From: Gammaproteobacteria bacterium
GTDB taxonomy: Bacteria; Pseudomonadota; Gammaproteobacteria; Steroidobacterales; JABDLF01
Direction: 5' to 3'
DNA: 64,000 nt
Assembly: GCA_041609715.1 (NCBI GenBank)
Contig: JBFIQI010000001.1
Span: forward strand, 9,911 to 73,910
Shown: in pieces, positions 59,963 through 64,000 of the stretch
Position numbering within the stretch: the stretch's first letter is position 1
Layout of the letters: each line of letters opens with the position of its first letter
Position numbers and translations under genes: made by a program
The notes under the pieces: generated by a model
Databases searched by the model: none
What the model was told of the DNA's origin: nothing
What the model saw: only the letters and a program-made list of their open reading frames with translations

Positions 59963-61411
59963 ATGTCCGGTGCTGACATTCGTATTGCCAATCGTCCTGA
60001 TCCCGACCAGGAGCTTGCCGCCATTGCCGATTATGTTGGCGGCTTCGGTGCTGCCGACAAGCTTGCGCGCAGCACCGCCCGCTACTGCCTCATGGACTCC
60101 TTGGCCTGCATGTTCCAGGCGCTGGATTATCCGGCCTGCACCCGGTTGCTGGGGCCCGTCGTGCCGGGGGCGACCCTGCCCGGGGGGGCGCGCGTACCCG
60201 GCACATCCTTCGAGCTTGATCCGGTCAATGCGGCTTTCAATATTGGTGCGCTGGTGCGCTGGCTCGACTTCAATGACACCTGGCTGGCTGCCGAGTGGGG
60301 CCACCCCTCGGACAATCTGGGCGCAATCCTCGCGGTAGCCGACTACCTGAGTCGCAGCAATGTCGTTGCCGGCCAGGACTCCCTGACCATGGGCGAAGTA
60401 TTGACGGCGATGATCCAGGCTCACGAAATCCAGGGCGTCATCGCGCTTGAAAACAGCTTTAACCGCGTGGGCCTGGACCATGTGCTGCTGGTGCGTATCG
60501 CATCAACCGCAGTGGCAACCCGGATGCTGGGCGGTGATCGCGCTACCGTGATCAACGCGGTTTCAAATGCTTTCCTGGACGGCGGCGCATTGCGGACCTA
60601 TCGACATGCGCCAAACACCGGTTCGCGCAAGAGTTGGGCGGCAGGTGACGCCACCAGCCGCGCCGTGCGGCTGGCCCTCATGGCAATGACCGGCGAGATG
60701 GGCTATCCGTCGGCTCTGAGCGCAAAGACCTGGGGGTTTTCTGATGTGCTGTTCAAGGGCAGGCCGCTGGCATTCACCCAGGGTTATGGCAGCTACGTAA
60801 TGGAGAATGTGCTGTTCAAGATTTCCTACCCTGCCGAGTTTCATGCACAAACCGCAGTCGAGGCGGCCATGACCCTGCATGCAGAGGTCAAGCACCGCAT
60901 CGACGATATAGCAAAGGTTGTTATCGAAACCCAGGAGCCCGGGGTGCGCATTATTGACAAGATCGGGCCGCTGGATAATCCGGCCGATCGCGATCATTGC
61001 ATTCAATACATGGTTGCGGTGCCGTTGATTTTCGGCCGCCTCACGGCCGCCGACTATGAAGATGAGGTGGCCGGCGATCCGCGTATCGACGCGCTGCGGG
61101 AAAAAATGGAAGTCACGGAAAACAAGACGTTCACGGAAGAATATTTCGCCCCTGACAAGCGCTACATTGGCAACGCGATTGTGGTGCACTTCAAGGACGG
61201 CAGCAGTACCCGACGCGTACAGGTGGATTACCCCATTGGTCATCGCAAGCGTCGTGATGAGGGCATCCCGGTGCTGATCCGGAAGTTCCAGCGCAGCATC
61301 GCCGGTAAACTTTCTGACAGCCAGATCGAGTCCCTGGAGGAGTTGTTCCGGGACCAGCAGCGCCTGGAGCGTTTTCCGGTCACCGAGTTCATGTCTTTCC
61401 TGGTGCGCTGA
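59963..61411 (+). CDS. prpD: 2-methylcitrate dehydratase (MmgE/PrpD family)
   Basis: 482 aa; LMDSLACMFQAL, HPSDNLGAILAVADY, ISYPAEFHAQTAVEAA, DYPIGHRKRR. Confidence 0.9.
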   Translation: MSGADIRIANRPDPDQELAAIADYVGGFGAADKLARSTARYCLMDSLACMFQALDYPACTRLLGPVVPGATLPGGARVPGTSFELDPVNAAFNIGALVRWLDFNDTWLAAEWGHPSDNLGAILAVADYLSRSNVVAGQDSLTMGEVLTAMIQAHEIQGVIALENSFNRVGLDHVLLVRIASTAVATRMLGGDRATVINAVSNAFLDGGALRTYRHAPNTGSRKSWAAGDATSRAVRLALMAMTGEMGYPSALSAKTWGFSDVLFKGRPLAFTQGYGSYVMENVLFKISYPAEFHAQTAVEAAMTLHAEVKHRIDDIAKVVIETQEPGVRIIDKIGPLDNPADRDHCIQYMVAVPLIFGRLTAADYEDEVAGDPRIDALREKMEVTENKTFTEEYFAPDKRYIGNAIVVHFKDGSSTRRVQVDYPIGHRKRRDEGIPVLIRKFQRSIAGKLSDSQIESLEELFRDQQRLERFPVTEFMSFLVR

Positions 61412-61493
61412 GCCGGCCGGCCTGCGCGGGAACGCGCGGGAGCGGCTGCGGTCTCAACAGTTCTGAAGAGCAAACAGCCGGCGTACAAGAGCA

Positions 61494-63095
61494 TTGATGA
61501 AAAGTTATACATGGCGCCAATGGCGCATTCCGGTTGCAGCCGCGGCCTTCGTTGTGGCGGCGCTCGTTGCGGCACAGTTTTTTTCCGGGGTGCAGGAGTC
61601 AACTGCAGCACCGAAGGATCAGCCTTCTTATGCGGGCCAGCGGCCTGCACCCGAATTTCCTGCCGGCCTTGATTGGATCAATACCGGCGGCAAGGCTCTC
61701 TCGCTGGAACAGTTGCGCGGCAAGGTCGTGCTGTTGGATTTCTGGACCTTTGGCTGTATTAACTGCATCCACATCATTCCCGATCTGAAAAAGCTGGAAG
61801 CGGATTATGCCGATGAGCTCGTGGTTATCGGCGTGCACAGCCCCAAATTCGAGCACGAAAAAAAGACCTCGGCAGTGCGCAAAATCACCATGCGCTACGA
61901 TCTCGAGCATGCGGTGGTCAACGATCGGGATATGCAGATCTGGCGTAGCTTCGGTGCGCGTGGCTGGCCGCACCTGGCCTTGATCGACCCGGAGGGACGA
62001 CTGATAGGTTCGGTTTCCGGCGAAGGTCACTACGAGCTTCTGGACCGCGTTATCTCCGGCGCCATCCGCCAATTCGACAAGCAAGGCAAAATCAATCGTG
62101 AGCCGGTCAAACTGGTCCTTGAAAGAGACTCTCTGCAAGATTCCCAGCTGCTGTTTCCCGGGCGGGTGCTGGCAGATACTGGCGGCCAACGCCTGTTCAT
62201 AGCCGACACCAACCATGACCGGATCGTGGTGGCTACGCTGACCGGCGAAGTGCTGGATGTCATCGGCAGCGGGATTGCCGGTCTTGCCGATGGTCCCTTT
62301 GCAGAAGCGCAGTTTTTCCGGCCCCAGGGGATGGCGCTGGGTAGCGAGAACATGCTGTACGTGGCGGACACCGAAAACCACGTGATCCGCGCAGTCAATC
62401 TTGCCGCCAGGACCGTGGAGACTGTCGCCGGGGTGGGGCGGCAGGTATACCAGACCGAGTCCGCCGGCCCGGCGGCCACCACGGGAATGAATTCACCCTG
62501 GGGCTTGCTGTATCACGATGGTTTGCTCTATATCGCCATGGCGGGTCAGCATCAGCTGTGGATATACGATCCCGATAAAGAAGCAATCCGAGAGTACGCC
62601 GGCTCGCGTCGCGAAGAGCTCAAGGACGGGCCACTGTTGCGGGCCGGGCTCAATCAGCCCAGCGGCCTGGCCACCGACGGTCGCCATATATTCATTGCTG
62701 ACAGCGAGGCCAGCGCGGTGCGCATGGCGGACATCGATCCCGGCGGCAGGCTGGATACCATCGTGGGAACAGGGCTTTTCGATTTCGGCGATGTGGATGG
62801 CCGGGGCGCCAGGGTGCGTTTGCAGCACCCGCTGGACCTGGTGTATTGGGATGGCGCCTTGCTGGTGGCGGACACCTATAACAGCAAGATCAAGCGCGTC
62901 GTGCCCGAGCGTCTGGAAAGCCAGACTTTTATCGGACCCGGGGCCGGACTGGATGAGCCCGGTGGCTTGTCATTGGCCGGTAACACGCTGTTCATCGCGG
63001 ACACCAACAACCACCGCGTGATGGTGGCAGAACTTGACGGAGGCGACACGAGGCCCCTGGGACTCAAGGACCCAAAAAACATCTTGAAACGCTAA
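61494..63095 (+). CDS. Thioredoxin-like domain fused to an NHL-repeat beta-propeller (NHLRC2-like), membrane-anchored or secreted
   Basis: N-terminal hydrophobic segment, FWTFGCINCIH (CxxC redoxin), then repeated ...P.G.A...LY[IV]ADT.NH.I..-type NHL blades. Confidence 0.75.
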   Translation: MMKSYTWRQWRIPVAAAAFVVAALVAAQFFSGVQESTAAPKDQPSYAGQRPAPEFPAGLDWINTGGKALSLEQLRGKVVLLDFWTFGCINCIHIIPDLKKLEADYADELVVIGVHSPKFEHEKKTSAVRKITMRYDLEHAVVNDRDMQIWRSFGARGWPHLALIDPEGRLIGSVSGEGHYELLDRVISGAIRQFDKQGKINREPVKLVLERDSLQDSQLLFPGRVLADTGGQRLFIADTNHDRIVVATLTGEVLDVIGSGIAGLADGPFAEAQFFRPQGMALGSENMLYVADTENHVIRAVNLAARTVETVAGVGRQVYQTESAGPAATTGMNSPWGLLYHDGLLYIAMAGQHQLWIYDPDKEAIREYAGSRREELKDGPLLRAGLNQPSGLATDGRHIFIADSEASAVRMADIDPGGRLDTIVGTGLFDFGDVDGRGARVRLQHPLDLVYWDGALLVADTYNSKIKRVVPERLESQTFIGPGAGLDEPGGLSLAGNTLFIADTNNHRVMVAELDGGDTRPLGLKDPKNILKR

Positions 63096-63746
63096 CTTGC
63101 TACTAAAAGCGTCGAAAGCGGCGCTAAAATCCGTTAAATACAAATCTCCTTTCCTGGCAAAGCGCCGGCCATGAGCCAGCGCAGCGTCTCCCCGCAGGCG
63201 CTGTCGCCGAGGCGTCGGTACCCGTGCACGGCCTCGGTTTACCGCGCGCCGGGGCCGCTCACAACGGGCGCCTATTCGGGCCGCCTTGACAGGCTGATCA
63301 TAAAATCCTGAATATGCACGGGTCTTGCCAGGGTTTCGGCGGGGACGGCCGCGGAAAACTGACAAAAAATGTCACTTATGGTCGCCATGGGGAGGGACGG
63401 CCTGCCCAGTCGCCCGATGCGCATGACCTGCGACCCTGGTGCCATGCCCAAGCCGTTGATTTTAAATGTGATGCGGTTCGCAGCGAAACCGGGCATGATT
63501 CTTGCAAAATAAAGGCGGTTTTTCGGAAAAGGGTCCGAAAACGCCAGGCGGGAATGTGTCCCGCATGCACTCCAGCGGAATAGCGAAAGCCAAGAGGCGG
63601 ACCAGCTGAATGAACCAAGTGATCGGTTCAGCCACGTTGATTGCAGGGCAGAGTTTTCGATTCAACCGTCGATGCAGACGGGCAGGCGTGCAGATCCGCA
63701 AGCGTCGCAAGGGACTGGTTTGACAACACCATCCAGGCAGCATTTT

Positions 63747-64000
63747 TTGCGTTGGGTGACTGCAAGGGTCGCTATCTTCCTGCTGTGGTTCGCGGCGCCC
63801 GCCTTCGCTGATCCCGATCTGCCCAACCCCCCGCCCAACCTGGAGCTGATCCCCAGCGGGTCGTTGATCATTCCCATGGACAACGACAAGCACAACATCG
63901 GGGTTAATTTCAATACCGCCGCCTATGGGCTCGCTACCCATCTGTTGCACGCAGATATTCCCGTCAAATGGTCCATTGCTGCCGGCAAGGCGAAAGACGG
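63747..64000 (+). CDS. Secreted protein of unrecognised family (3' end outside the window)
   Basis: Not in the ORF track because it is open-ended. The frame is open from 63513 to the window end. A TTG at 63747 gives (M)RWVTARVAIFLLWFAAPAFA-DPDLPNPPPNLELIPSGSLIIPMDNDKHNIGVNFNTAAYGLATHLLHADIPVKWSIAAGKAKDG, a good signal peptide with G/C-rich third positions. The ATG at 63672 is an alternative start. Confidence 0.5.
   Translation, partial: MRWVTARVAIFLLWFAAPAFADPDLPNPPPNLELIPSGSLIIPMDNDKHNIGVNFNTAAYGLATHLLHADIPVKWSIAAGKAKD

Noticed and set aside
63171-63310. A small plus-strand ORF starting at ATG 63171 (about 45 aa, MSQRSVSPQALSPRRRY...).
   Set aside because: Arg/Pro/Ser-rich, with no SD and no recognisable family. 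Most likely a chance ORF in GC-rich DNA.
62970-63365. A 131-aa minus-strand ORF spanning the 3' end of the Trx-NHL gene and the downstream spacer.
   Set aside because: It overlaps the well-supported NHL-repeat gene, and its Arg-rich translation has no motifs.
63272-63496. A 74-aa minus-strand ORF (MPGFAANRITFKINGLG...) inside the ORF-poor region.
   Set aside because: No SD, no recognisable motif, and it overlaps the promoter-like and inverted-repeat elements. It could be a gene remnant, but I cannot support calling it a CDS.
63462-63950. A 162-aa minus-strand ORF, with a nested 83-aa ORF at 63662-63913.
   Set aside because: It is antisense to the plus-strand frame. That frame has a textbook signal peptide, G/C-rich third positions and a protein-like sequence that continues to the window edge. 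The minus-strand translation is Gly/Pro/Arg/Cys-rich noise.

Overview
The window is a GC-rich stretch of a gammaproteobacterial chromosome centred on the replication-origin neighbourhood. On the minus strand lie dnaA-dnaN-recF-gyrB. Divergent from them on the plus strand lie rpmH-rnpA-yidD-yidC-mnmE, with mnmG about 7 kb further on. The flanking synteny (acyltransferase-gmhB-glyS-glyQ beside gyrB; glnA; topA-tsaC-hemF; gpmI-envC-S41 protease-yibQ; rhodanese-grxC-secB-gpsA) resembles Pseudomonas-like gammaproteobacteria. I support about 65 protein genes, including rpmH, which is too short for the ORF track, plus a 3'-truncated secreted-protein gene at the window end. Recognisable blocks are an Opp-type peptide ABC operon, prpBCD (methylcitrate cycle) beside acuI/yhdH, both hemF and hemN, an HD-GYP phosphodiesterase, and a secreted alpha/beta hydrolase translationally coupled to an ABC-2 exporter. 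I saw no rRNA, tRNA, CRISPR array, IS element or prophage genes. I did not find a clear multi-gene novel system, since most of the window is core housekeeping DNA. The observations most worth a second look are: (1) a candidate oriC between dnaA and dnaN; (2) an NtrC-derived activator lacking the receiver domain and the GAFTGA loop, with no ntrB, although glnA appears to keep NtrC/sigma-54-type sites; (3) rnpA with no canonical start codon; (4) twin 14-bp palindromes around recF; (5) CRP- and FNR-type sites upstream of the HD-GYP gene; (6) a roughly 575-bp ORF-poor, hairpin-rich region leading into an unrecognised secreted protein cut off by the window end. All family assignments come from motif recognition by eye; no searches were run.
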